Part shown: piece by piece, positions 1 through 10,819 of the stretch
Layout of the letters: each line of letters starts with the position of its first letter
Numbering within the stretch: position 1 is the stretch's first letter
From: an uncultured Candidatus Rokubacteria bacterium
Lineage (GTDB): Bacteria > JAUVQV01 > DATDCY01
Reading direction: 5' to 3'
NCBI GenBank assembly: GCA_963699775.1
Contig: CAVOVE010000013.1
Location: 263,542-327,541, forward strand
DNA length: 64,000 nucleotides
Notes under the pieces: model-generated
What the model was told of the DNA's origin: nothing
Databases searched by the model: none
Seen by the model: the letters and a program-made list of their open reading frames with translations, nothing else
Position numbers and translations under genes: made by a program

Positions 1-102
1 CGAACTGGCGGCCGCCACGTCGTACCCCTCGCGCCCGAAGACGCGCTTGAGCGACTCGCGCAGGGTGGTTTCGTCTTCGACGATGAGAATGCGTTTCGTC
101 AT
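1..102 (-). CDS. response regulator receiver domain, N-terminal fragment (gene runs off the window start)
   Basis: The reverse complement reads [34 protein letters not shown], a typical REC N-terminus. The ATG at 102-100 overlaps the stop (99-101) of the upstream kinase gene (ATGA coupling). Confidence 0.8.
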   Translation of the reverse strand, partial: MTKRILIVEDETTLRESLKRVFGREGYDVAAASS

Positions 103-3061
103 GATGTCGGCGCGATCGGCAGACGGACCGTGAACATCGTCCCCGAACCCTTCGTGCTCTTGATCGTGATCGTTCCCCCGTGGTCCCGCACGGTACCATA
201 GCAGATGCTCAGACCCAAGCCCGTGCCCTTGCCGAGCGGCTTGGTCGTGAAGAAGGGGTCAAAGACCCGGTCGAGCGACCTCGGGGTCGATGCCGCGGCC
301 GGTGTCCTCGACCTGGACGACGACCTCCGGACCCCTGCCGGCGCATCGTGACCCGCAGGTCGCCGCCCTCGGGCATCGCGTCGAGCGCGTTGAGCAGCAG
401 GTTGAGAAACACCTGCTCGATCTGGTCCGGGTTCACCAGCAGGGGGGGGATCGGCTCGAACTCGGCCTGGTAGCGGATGTGCCGGAACCGCTTGTCGTAC
501 TTGACCAGCTCGGCCGTCCGGTGGAAGATCTCGCGGATGTCGCTGGCGACCTTGCGCGAGGTGGAGACGCGGGCGAAATCCCCGAGGCTGCGCACGATGC
601 GCGAGATCCGCTCGAGGTGGCCGTTGATCGAGGTCAGCGAGTCGTGCATGAACTCCGGGCCTTCGCCGGAGGTGTCGTCGAGCGACGCGAGCTCCTGGAC
701 GAGCGAGGAGATCGAGGCCAGCGGGTTGCCGATCTCGTGGGAGATGCCCGCGGTCAGGCGGCCGATGCTCGCGAGCTTGGAGGCCTGCAGGAGCTGCTCC
801 TCCATCTTGGTCTTCTCGGTGATGTCCTCGAGGATGATCACGACCCCGCCCGAGGGGGCCTTGAAGGGGCTGACATTGAGGCGAAAGCACTGCTGGGCCG
901 GGCGTCTGGACGATCTCCTCCCGCTGCTCCCCGCCCAGGAGCAGCTCGCGCCGCAGCCACGGGAGCAGCTGGTCGACGCGCTGGTCCAGCGCCACCTCCC
1001 GGCCGATGCCCGACGAGGGACTCGATGCCGCGGTTCCAGTAGTTGACGCGCAGGGACGAGTCCACGCTGGTGATCCCGACCGGGGCGCTCTCGATGATGT
1101 TCGCGGAGAACTCCTGCAGGTAGGAGAGGGCGAGGTTGGTCTGGGCCAGCTCCTGGCGCGAGAGCCGCAGGCTCGCGGTGATCTGCTGCAGGGAGCTCGA
1201 GAGTTCCGAGCGCTCCTTCTCGGAGAGCACCAGCTTGTCCTCGAAGACGATCGACGAGAGCGAGGAGCCGATCGCGCCCGAGAGCACCCGCTCCGCCTCG
1301 AAGCGCAGCGCCCGCAGCTCCTGGACGGAGAGCTCCGGCGCCGGAGCCGCGCGCCGCGCGACGAAGTCCTCGATGACGCCGCTCGCCTGATCGGCGCCGA
1401 CGTACTGGGCGAGGATCCCCTCGATGTCGGCGGCGGTGACCGAGGTGCCCAGCGGCAGCTCCCGCGCCCGGTCGTCCGATTCCACGAACAGCAGCGCCTG
1501 GATCTCCTCCTCGCGCGAGGGGCGCACGGCCAGCGAGATGCCGACGTACAGCGCGAGATTGAGAAACGTCGACCAGAAGAGGGAGTTGCCCCACTTGCCG
1601 AGACCGTGCACCCCGAAGAGGGCGTGGGGGTTGAGGAGTCCCGAGGAGGTGAGCCGGCCGAGGGCGCCGCCCTGGGTCAGGATCCCGGCCTTGAAGAGCG
1701 CCGGGATGATCAGGGTGTAGAACCAGACCGCGAAACCCGCGCAGAGGCCGGCGATGGCCCCGGCGCGGCTGCCGCGCTTCCAGTAGAGGCCGAGGAGAAA
1801 CGCCGGGGCGAAGAGGGCGACCGCCTCGAAGGACTTCAGCCCGATGTCCACCAGGCTGTAGAACTCCCCGATCGAGACGGCGAAGAGGTAGCCGAGGTAG
1901 ACCACGGCGAGGATGATCAGCCGCTTGAGGGCCAGGATGATCGTCGGGAAGCGCCGGTGCTCGTGGAACCCGATCAGCGCCGGCATCACGATGCTGTTCA
2001 TGGCCATGGTGCTCAGGGCGAGGGACTCGACGATGACCATGCTCGTCGCCGCCGAGAAGCCGCCGAGAAAGACCATCAGGGAGAGGTATTTCATCCCCTG
2101 CCCCAGCGGGATGGAGAGGACGAAGTAGTCCGCGCCCCGCGGCGACCCGGTGAGCAGCAGGCCGGCAAAGGCGATCGGGAGCACGAAGATGTTGATCAGA
2201 AAGAGATAGAGCGGGAAGAGCCAGGCCGCCTTTTTCAGGTGACGCTCGTCGCAGTTCTCGACGACCGCCATCTGGAACTGCCGCGGGAGAAAGAGGATGG
2301 CCATCATCGAGAGCGCGAGCAGCGCGAACCACTCCGAGTACGCCGTCGCCGCCGCCCACCTCCAGCGACTGGAGACCGGCAAAAGACGTCCGGTCGATGC
2401 GGGCGAAGATGTCCCCGAAGCCGTCGAAGACCCCGTAGGTCACGAAGACGCCGACGAGCAGGAACGCCACCAGCTTGACGAGCGACTCGAACGCGACGGC
2501 GAAGACCAGCCCGCCGTGGCGCTCCGAGGCGTCGAGGCGGCGGGCGCCGAAGATGATCGCGAAACCGCCGAGAAACAGCGTGATGACGAGACCCATCGCC
2601 GACCCGCCCCGGGGCTCGTGGGAGATGATCTCGAAGGTGCTGATGATGGCCTTGATCTGCAGGCCGATGTAGGGGATGACGCCGATGACGGCAATCGCGG
2701 CCACCAGTGCCGAGAGCAGCAGGGACTTGCCGTAGCGAAAGCCGAGGAAGTCCGAGATCGTGGTGATGCGGTTGGCCTTGGCGATGCGCACGATCCGGGC
2801 GAGCACCACCATCGAGAGAGCGGCCATCAGGGTCGGCCCGAGGTAGATCGTCAGGAAGGAGAGCCCCGAGGTGGCGGCGCGGCCGACGCTGCCGTAAAAG
2901 GTCCACGAGGTGCAGTACACGGCGAGGGAGAGGGAATAGACGTAGGGGTTGTTGACGAGGCTGCGCCCGCGCCGCTCCTGGCGCTCGGCGACCCAGGCGA
3001 TGCCGAAGAGCAGCAGCAGGTAGCTCAGCAGGATGAAGAAGACGTTGTAGGGGGCGAACAT
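99..3061 (-). CDS. sodium:solute symporter (SSS)-fused PAS sensor histidine kinase (CrbS/CbrA-like architecture), frame-broken about 5 times
   Basis: ORF-track frames 209..3061, 838..2382 and 99..995 join into one protein. It has an N-terminal multi-TM SSS permease (MFAPYNVFF..., [26 protein letters not shown]), a PAS region ([26 protein letters not shown]), an H-box [14 protein letters not shown], an N-box [13 protein letters not shown], and [19 protein letters not shown]. Breaks lie near 2350, 1010, 890, 335 and 270. Confidence 0.85.
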
Positions 3062-3091
3062 CGCGTTTGCAGACCGCCGCGATCAGGCCCG

Positions 3092-3268
3092 TCAGCGCGC
3101 CGGGGGCGCCTTGCCGCCGCGCGCGGCCCGGGCCACCAGAAACACGAAGAACAGCCAGAAGACCAGCAGGTACACGAAGGGGTCGTCGTGGAAAATCCCG
3201 AGCAGCGGCCAGTTCAGGCAGAGCAGGCCGAGGCTGAAGATGGCGATCCAGACCGTGACATCGTTCAT
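3092..3268 (-). CDS. small (58 aa) two-TM membrane protein upstream of the symporter-kinase
   Basis: My own translation gives MNDVTVWIAIFSLGLLCLNWPLLGIFHDDPFVYLLVFWLFFVFLVARAARGGKAPPAR, from ATG 3268-3266 to stop 3094-3092. It sits 30 nt upstream of the kinase start and is too short for the ORF track. Small hydrophobic partners commonly precede SSS genes. Confidence 0.45.
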   Translation of the reverse strand: MNDVTVWIAIFSLGLLCLNWPLLGIFHDDPFVYLLVFWLFFVFLVARAARGGKAPPAR

Positions 3269-3428
3269 CGTCTCCCCACCAGCGGCTCCCAGCCACGGCG
3301 ATCTTCCGGCCGCGGCGCGGTCCTGTCAAGCAGCAGCGCACGAACGCGCGGCAGGATCAGCGGCCGCCGAATCCGGGTCGCGGTCACGGGCGGCCGACAC
3401 GAGCCGAATTGTTGACTAAAACAGAAGG

Positions 3429-3458
3429 TTGTACTGGCCGTTTTGCTTGTGCTATAGA
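3429..3458 (+). promoter_or_regulatory. candidate sigma70 promoter of the nuo operon (TTGTAC-N18-TATAGA)
   Basis: The only AT-rich patch (about 3405-3520) in the divergent intergenic region. The hexamers lie about 60 nt upstream of the nuoA GTG. Confidence 0.3.
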
Positions 3459-3518
3459 TTTTTCCCGTTTGACCTGGATGTGCATTCGGTTCTGGCACAA
3501 CGGAGCGGAGGACACACG

Positions 3519-3871
3519 GTGGATTTCTACTACCTGTCGTTCATCATGCTCGCCGCGGTCGCTCTTCGTGCTGCTCAACTATCACGCTCTCGCGCCTCGT
3601 CGCGCCGCACAACCCCGGGGGCGCGAAAGCCTTCCCCTACGAGTGCGGCGAGGTGCCGCTCGGCTCCGCCTGGACCCGTTTCAACGTCGGCTACTACGTC
3701 TTCGCCCTGCTCTTTCTGCTCTTCGAGGTCGAGGTGGTCTTCCTCTTCCCGTGGGCCGTGGTGCTCAAGGAGATCGGCGTGCCGGCCCTCGCGGAGGGCG
3801 GGGTCTTCCTCGTCATCCTGGTCTTCGGCTTCGCGTTCGCCTGGCGCAAGGGGTACCTCGCGTGGCGCTGA
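3519..3871 (+). CDS. nuoA: NADH-quinone oxidoreductase subunit A (2 frame breaks)
   Basis: GTG 3519 follows GGAGG. VDFYYLSFIMLAAVAL / FVLLNYHAL / NPGGAKAFPYECGEVPLGSAW...FEVEVVFLFPWAVV is spread over three frames. Confidence 0.85.
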
Positions 3872-4477
3872 ACGAGACGGACCGGGCGGCCGCCGCCCAG
3901 GCGGCGCAGTGGGAGAACCAGGACCCCCAGGCGGCAGCCGCCGCCCCGAGGCGGGTTCGTTCTCACCCAGATCGACCGCGTGCTCACCTGGGCCCGCTCC
4001 AACTCGCTCTGGCCGCTGACCTTCGGCACCTCGTGCTGCGCGATCGAGATGATGTCCGTGGGCGCCTCGCGCCACGACTGGTCGCGCTTCGGCTTCGAGG
4101 TCGCCCGGGCCACGCCGCGCCAGGCCGACATGATCGTCGTGGCCGGCACGATCACCTACAAGATGGCCACCCGCCTGCGGCTGCTCTACTCCCAGATGCC
4201 CGACCCCAAGTGGGTGCTCGCGATGGGGGCCTGCGCCACCAGCGGCGGGCCGTTCTTCTACGAGAGCTACTCCGTCGTCAAGGGCGTCGACCGGGTGCTC
4301 CCGGTGGACGTCTACCTGCCCGGGTGCCCCCCGCGGCCCGAGGCGCTGCTGCACTCGCTGATGCTGCTGCAGGAGAAGATCCGCCGCGAGGGCGGCTCGC
4401 GGCGGCAGCGGCCGCTGCCGCCGTTCCTGTTCGCGCACACGCCGATCGACCCGCAGAAGGAGTTCAACCCGGCATGA
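3862..4477 (+). CDS. nuoB: NADH-quinone oxidoreductase subunit B (1 frame break near 3945)
   Basis: [45 protein letters not shown] and PGCPPRPE are the N2 cluster motifs. GTG 3862 overlaps the nuoA stop. Confidence 0.9.
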
Positions 4478-5026
4478 GCGATCCGACCGCTCCAGACGCG
4501 AATCCGGCCCGCGGCTCCGGCAGCGGCCCGCCGCGCTCCGCCTCCGCCGCCGCCGGACCCGGCCGTGGTCGCACTGCGCGAGGAGGTCGAGCGCATCCTC
4601 GGCGACCGTGGCGACCGCCGACGCCAGCGGCGGGCGTGCCCGCGTGGCGCGTGGCTGCCGCCGGAGTTCGCCGACGCCGCGCGCCGGCTGCGCGCGGCCG
4701 GCTTCGACTACCTGTTGTTCGTGACCGCGGTCGACCGGCCGGCCGAGGCCAGATTCGAGGTGATCTACCTGATCACCCGCTTCGACGACGGCCGCCAGCT
4801 GGCGCTCGTGGCGGACATCCCCCGCGAGCTGCCCGAGATCGACACCGTCAGCGACATCTGGGCCGGGGCGGACTGGCACGAGCGCGAGACCTTCGACATG
4901 TTCGGCATCGTCTTTCGGGGCCACCCGTTCCTGCGGCGCATCCTGCTCGACGAGGACTGGCCCGGCCACCCCCTGCGCAAGGACTACGTGGACACCCTCC
5001 ACGACGTCGTCAAGCGGCCGTACTAG
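4474..5026 (+). CDS. nuoC: NADH-quinone oxidoreductase subunit C (1 frame break near 4560)
   Basis: ATGA overlap with the nuoB stop. Contains [11 protein letters not shown]...[23 protein letters not shown]. Confidence 0.85.
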
Positions 5027-5028
5027 CC

Positions 5029-6175
5029 ATGGAACTGACACCCGCCCGAACCCGCCGCCCACCGCCGAGCGCCGCCGCGCCCGTCTACGAGGACTACTTC
5101 GTCAACATGGGGCCGCAGCACCCCTCGACGCACGGGGTGCTGCGCCTGGTCCTGAAGCTCGAGGGCGAGACCGTCCTCGGGGTGACCCCGGTCCTCGGCT
5201 ACGTCCACCGCGGCATCGAGAAGATGGGCGAGGCGATGAACGTCCTGCAGTTCACGCACCTGACCGACCGCCTCGACTATCTCTCGGCGCACATGAACAA
5301 CTGGGGCTGGGCGCTGGCGGTCGAGCAGGCCCTCGGCATCGAGGTCCCGGAGCGCGCCGAGCACATCCGCGTGATCATGTCCGAGCTCACGCGCATCTCC
5401 TCGCACCAGCTCTGGTGGGGCGTGCTCGGGATGGACCTCGGGGCCTTCACCCCGTTTCTCTACGGCTTCCGCGACCGCGAACTGGTCAACGACATCTTCG
5501 AGAAGACCTGCGGCGCGCGCCTGACGATGAACTACATCCGCCCCGGCGGCGTGACGGCCGACGTCGACGAGGATTTCGCGAAGGACGTGCGCGCGTTCTG
5601 CGACTACTTCACGCCGGTCATCGACGAGTACGAGACGCTGGTCGGCGGCAACATCATCTTCCAGGAGCGCACGAAGGGGATCGGCGTGCTCAGCGCCGAG
5701 CTGGCGCGGTCGCTCGGCTGCACCGGCCCGACGCTGCGGGCCAGCGGCGTCAGCTACGACGTGCGGCAAAACCGGCCCTACGGGATCTATCCGCAGGCTC
5801 GCGTTCAACGTCCCGGTGATGACCGAGGGCGACAGCTGGGCGCGCTACAAGGTGCGCATCGCCGAAATGCGCGAGAGCCTCGCGATCGTCCGGCAGGCGC
5901 TCGACACGATGCCGGAGGGCCCGGTGCGGGCCAAGCTCCCGGTCATCGTCAAGGTGCCGGCGGGCCGCTGGCTCGGGCGCGTCGAGGCCGCCCGCGGCGA
6001 GATCGCCTTTTTCCTGGTCGGCGACGGCACCGACAAGCCCTGGCGCGTCAAGGTGCGCAGCCCGAACTTCTCGAACCTGGCGGCGCTGCCCGAGATCGTC
6101 AAGGGCAGCCGTGTGGCCGACGTCGTGGCGGTGTTCTCGACGCTCGACGTCGTCGTCCCCTGTATCGACAGGTAA
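5029..6175 (+). CDS. nuoD: NADH-quinone oxidoreductase subunit D (1 frame break near 5800)
   Basis: NMGPQHPSTHGVLRLVLKLEGE...; the C-terminal part EIAFFLVGDGTDKPWRVKVRSPNFSNL...VVVPCIDR is in the next frame. Confidence 0.9.
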
Positions 6176-6177
6176 TC

Positions 6178-7281
6178 ATGACCGATAACTGGATCTGGCA
6201 CACCGAGCGGATTCCCCCGGCCGTCACGGCCTGGCTCACCGGCCTGCTCGGCGAGGGGCTCGTCGTCGACCTGGCGAAGATGGTCATCGTCGCGGCGATT
6301 CTCACCGGGTTCGTCTCGCTGCTGGCGCTGGCGCTGGTCTGGGTCGAGCGCAAGGTCGCGGCCCACGTCCAGCAGCGGCTCGGACCGATGCGGGTCGGGC
6401 CGCACGGGCTGCTCCAGACGCTCGCCGACGGGCTCAAGCTGCTGAGCAAGGAGAACATCACCCCGCTGGAGGCCGACCACTTCGTCTTCCACCTGGCCCC
6501 GCTGCTCTGCTTCGCGGCGACCTTCGTCGCGCTCGCCTTCATCCCGTTCGCCCCGGACATCCAGGCCGTGAACTTCAACGTCGGGCTGGTCTTCGTGCTG
6601 GGCATCGGCTCGGTCGGCGTGCTCGGGATCCTCGCCGCCGGCTGGTCGAGCAACAACAAGTGGTCGCTGCTCGGGGCGATGCGCGCCGGCGCGCAGATCA
6701 TCTCCTACGAGCTCTCGGCGACCATCGCCCTGCTCTCGATGCTCGTCTTCGCCGGCTCGCTGGACTTTCGCGGGATCATCGCCTCCCAGGCCGACGGCTG
6801 GTGGATCTGGCGCGCCCCGGTGGTCGGGTTCGTGGCCTTCGTGATCTACGGGATCGCCTCGACCGCCGAGTGCAACCGCACCCCCTTCGACCTGGTCGAG
6901 GGCGAGAGCGAGCTGACCGCCGGGTTCCACACCGAGTACACCTCGATCCGCTTCGCGATGTTCTTCCTCGCCGAGTTCGTGAACATGTTCGTGGTCTGCG
7001 CGATCTCGGCCACGGTCTTCCTCGGCGGCTGGATGCCCTTCCACATCGGGAACCTCGCGGGCTTCAACAGCCTCGCCGACCTCATCCCGCCGTGGGCCTG
7101 GTTCTTCGGCAAGACGATGCTGCTGGTCCTGATCTTCATGTGGGTGCGCTGGACCTTCCCGCGCCTGCGGGTCGACCAGCTGATGAACTTCGAGTGGAAG
7201 TTCCTGCTGCCCCTGTCGTTCTGCACCCTGGCCGTGGCGAGCATTCTCGTGACGGCCGGCTGGTACTTCTTCCCCGGGTGA
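6178..7281 (+). CDS. nuoH: NADH-quinone oxidoreductase subunit H (intact)
   Basis: Continuous 367-codon frame with WVERKVAAHVQQRLGPMRVGPHGLLQTLADGLKL and TPFDLVEGESELTAGFHTEY. Confidence 0.95.
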   Translation: MTDNWIWHTERIPPAVTAWLTGLLGEGLVVDLAKMVIVAAILTGFVSLLALALVWVERKVAAHVQQRLGPMRVGPHGLLQTLADGLKLLSKENITPLEADHFVFHLAPLLCFAATFVALAFIPFAPDIQAVNFNVGLVFVLGIGSVGVLGILAAGWSSNNKWSLLGAMRAGAQIISYELSATIALLSMLVFAGSLDFRGIIASQADGWWIWRAPVVGFVAFVIYGIASTAECNRTPFDLVEGESELTAGFHTEYTSIRFAMFFLAEFVNMFVVCAISATVFLGGWMPFHIGNLAGFNSLADLIPPWAWFFGKTMLLVLIFMWVRWTFPRLRVDQLMNFEWKFLLPLSFCTLAVASILVTAGWYFFPG

Positions 7282-7298
7282 GGGGGCGGGCGACGACG

Positions 7299-7774
7299 AT
7301 GGGACTCTTCGGGCGGGCGGCGACGGCGGTGGGCGGGCTCCTCCAGGGCATGGGGATCACGTTCGGCCACTTCGTGCGCTTCAGACGAGGTCATCACCCA
7401 GCAGTACCCGGAGAACCGCGCGACGCTGAAGATGGCGCCGCGCTTCCGCGGCAAGGTCCGCCTGCTGCGCGACGCCGCAGACCGGCAACTACCCCTGCAC
7501 GGCCTGCGGCCTGTGCATGAAGGCCTGCCCGAACAACTCGCTGACGGTGAAGCGCGAGAAGGACCCGGAGACGAACAAGTTCCGCCTCTCGGGCTACTAC
7601 TACCACTTCGAGCGCTGCACGCTCTGCGGGCTGTGCGTCGACACCTGCAAGTTCTCGGCGCTGGCGATGGGCAACGAGTTCGAGAACGCCGCTCTCGACC
7701 GCCGCGCGCTGACCCTGCGGCTGGACACCCCCGACGGCGTGCCGCAGCCGGCCCCGGAGGAGCCCGCGCCATGA
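7299..7774 (+). CDS. nuoI: NADH-quinone oxidoreductase subunit I (2 frame breaks)
   Basis: Two 4Fe-4S motifs, CTACGLCMKACP and CTLCGLCVDTC. The N-terminus is MGLFGRAATAVGGLLQGMGITFGHF. Confidence 0.85.
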
Positions 7775-8310
7775 CGATGGAGACCGTTCGCCTTCTGGAT
7801 GATCGCGGCCTACACGCTGTTTGCGGCGTATTTCGTCGTGACGGCCCGCAACCTCTTCCGCTGCGCGGTCGGCCTGGCCGGGGCGCTGATCGGCATCGCC
7901 GGGCTCTACCTGCTGATGGACGCCCAGTTCCTCTCCTCGATCCAGATCGCGGTCTACGTCGGCGGCGTGGTCGTGCTCGTCGTCTTCGCCGTCCTGATGG
8001 TCGAGGACGTCACCCAGAAGGAATTTCTCAGGTCCCCCCTCTCGCGCTGCATCCTCGCCTCGATCGTCGCGGAGCTGCTCCTGGCGATCGTCGCCGGCGC
8101 CATGCTCTCGCAGGGCTTCGGCACCGACCGCGCCGCCGCACGCCTCGGCGCAGGTCCGCGAGATCGGGCACGCCCTGCTCAACATGGGGCCGGGGGGCTT
8201 CGTGCTGCCCTTCGAGGTGATCTCGCTCGTGCTCGATCGCGGCGCTGGTCGGCGCGATCACCGTGGCCGGCAAACCCGGCGACGACTACACCAAGAAGGA
8301 AGAGGACTGA
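7771..8310 (+). CDS. nuoJ: NADH-quinone oxidoreductase subunit J (3 frame breaks)
   Basis: [60 protein letters not shown], then [14 protein letters not shown], then [13 protein letters not shown] in successive frames. Confidence 0.8.
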
Positions 8311-8643
8311 TGCACCCCGGACTCGAGCACTACCTGATCCTCTCGGCGCTGCTCTTCTCCTTCGGCGTCTACGGCATGCTCACCCGGCGCAACCTGGTCG
8401 CGATGCTGCTCTGCGTCGAGCTGGTCCTCAACGCCGCGGCGCTGAATTTCGTCGCCTTCCACCGCTTCCTCTTCGAGGGCGACCCGGCCGGCGACGGTCT
8501 TCCCGATCCTGATCATCGCGGTGGCGGCGGCCGAGGCCGCCGTGGCCCTGGCAATCGTCATCGCGCTCTTCCGCCACCGGCGCAACATCGACGTGCGTGC
8601 CGCGGACACGCTTCAAGGGGAGTACCAGGACAGACGACGATGA
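8310..8643 (+). CDS. nuoK: NADH-quinone oxidoreductase subunit K (1 frame break near 8490)
   Basis: [50 protein letters not shown]; the C-terminus is [33 protein letters not shown]. Confidence 0.85.
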
Positions 8644-10667
8644 CGGGATCCTGGTTCCTCGACCACCTCTGGCTGGTGCCGCTGCTGCCGTTTCTCGGCT
8701 CGCTGCTCGTGGCACTCGTGCTGCGCCCGCTGACCAGCCCGCGCGTCTGCTCGGCCGCGGCGATCGCGGCGGTCGCCGGCAGCGCGATCGTCGGCTGGGG
8801 CGCGGCGTTCGCCTACTTCACGCGGCACGCCGGCGAGACCCTCGTGCCCTGGCAGACGCTCTGGCTGGCCTTCACGCCGACCTTCGCCGGCAATGTCGGC
8901 GTGATCGCCGACGACCTCTCGATGCTGCTGGTCATGGTCGTGACCGGGGTCAGCCTGCTCGTGCACATCTACTCCACCGGCTACCTGCACGGCGAGGGGG
9001 GCTACTCCGCGCTACTTCGCCGCGCCTCAACCTCTTCACCTGCTCGATGCTCGGGCTGGTCCTCTCGATCTCGATCCTCCAGATCTACGTCTTCTGGGAA
9101 CTCGTCGGCGTCTCGTCTTTCCTGCTGATCGGCTACTACTGGGACAAGCCGAGCGCGGTCGCCGCCTGCAAGAAGGCCTTCATCGTCACCCGCTTCGCCG
9201 ACCTGGGCTTTCTGCTCGGCCTGCTCGTGCTCTCGGCCTACGCCGGCGGGCTGGACTTCGCCCACCTCAGCGACCCCGCGACCATCGCGCGCCTGGAGGG
9301 GGTGCAGCTGCTCGGCGTCAGCGCGCTGACGCTCTCGGCGGTGCTGGTCTACATGGGCGCGGCGGGCAAGAGCGCGATGTTCCCGCTGCACATCTGGCTC
9401 CCCGACGCCATGGAGGGGCCGACCCCGGTCTCGGCGCTGATCCACGCCGCGACCATGGTCGTCGCCGGCGTCTACCTCGTGGCGCGTCTCTTCCCGCTCT
9501 TCTCGGCGACCAACGAAGGCATGACGGTCGTGATGGTGGTCGGGACGTTCACCTCGCTGTTCGCCGCCGTGATCGCCGTGACGCAGTTCGACATCAAGCG
9601 CGTCCTGGCCTTCTCGACGCTCTCCCAGCTCGGCTACATGATGCTCGCGCTCGGCGTCGCGCGGATGGAGCACCCGCTCGGGTTCACGGCCTCGCTCTTC
9701 CACCTCGCGACGCACGCCTGCTTCAAGGCGCTGCTCTTCCTCGGCGCCGGCAGCGTGATCCACGCCGTGCACACCAACGACATCCGCGAGATGGGCGGGC
9801 TGCGGCGCAAGATGCCGATTACGCACGGCACGTTCCTGATCGCCTGCCTGGCCATCGCCGGGGTTCCCGGGGTTCTCGGGCTTCTTCTCGAAGGACGAGA
9901 TCCTCGCGGCGGCGCTGCACGGCGGGCACCCGGTGGTCTTCGGCGTGGCGCTGCTCGTCGCCGGGCTCACGGCGTTCTACATGTTCCGGATCTACTTCAT
10001 GACCTTCGCCGGCGAGGCGCGCGACCACCACAAGTTCGACCACGCGCACGAGTCGCCGCCGAGCATGTGGGTGCCGCTGGCGATCCTCGCGGTGCCCTCC
10101 GTGTTTCTCGGCTTCGTGCCCTTCGGGAGCTTCGTCTACCGCGGCGAGCTCGAGCACGCCGGCATCGACTTCGCGGTCGCGATCCCCGCGACCCTCGCCG
10201 GCCTGGCCGGGATCGGGCTGGCCGCGCTGCTCTACGGGCGCAAGAGCGGCGCGCCGGCCAGGGTCGCCGCCAGCCTCGGCTTCGTCTACCGGGCGATCTC
10301 CGCGAAGTTCTACTTCGACGAGATCTACCTGTTCGTGACCCACAAGATCATCTTCCGTTTCGTCAGCGCGCCGCTCGCCTGGTTCGACCGGCGCATCGTG
10401 GACGGCACCATGGACCTCTCGGCGCAGGCCTCCCGGCTCGGCGGCGCCTGGCTGCGGCGCATGGCGAGCGGGCGCCTGCAGACCTCGCTGCTGGTCGTCT
10501 CCGGCGGGGCCTGCCTGCTGATGCTGTTTCTGATCCTCGCGGGACGGCCGCTGTTCAACGCGCTCAGCGTCGCCGGGTACGCTGCCGTCGCGGCAACCGT
10601 CGGCCGCCAGATCGTGCTGCTGCTGCTCGGCCGCACCGAACCTCTCAAACGGATCACGCGGGACTAA
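8640..10667 (+). CDS. nuoL: NADH-quinone oxidoreductase subunit L (at least 3 extra bases: two near 9005-9030, one near 9870)
   Basis: Contains [57 protein letters not shown], and [11 protein letters not shown] after frame correction. Confidence 0.9.
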
Positions 10668-10798
10668 GGGACACTATGAAATTTCACCACAACATCTGCG
10701 CTGTCCGGGAGAATGTTCGTCCGCTTCGCACGGAGCCAACGCCGTGTCTGTCCGCATGTCAGGACTTCGGCGTCTTCATGCAAAAGCCTGCATAGTCT

Positions 10799-10817
10799 CG
10801 CGGGCGAGGCGCCCGCG
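10799..10817 (+). promoter_or_regulatory. perfect 8-bp GC hairpin (CGCGGGCG-AGG-CGCCCGCG) ending 2 nt before the nuoM ATG
   Basis: Read directly. The stem and loop cover the only purine-rich SD-like GAGG upstream of nuoM. Confidence 0.4.
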
Positions 10818-10819
10818 TA

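Noticed and set aside
3493-3508. TGGCAC hexamer upstream of nuoA as a sigma54 promoter.
   Set aside because: There is no TTGC -12 element at the required distance; the sequence is TGGCACAACGGAGCGG.
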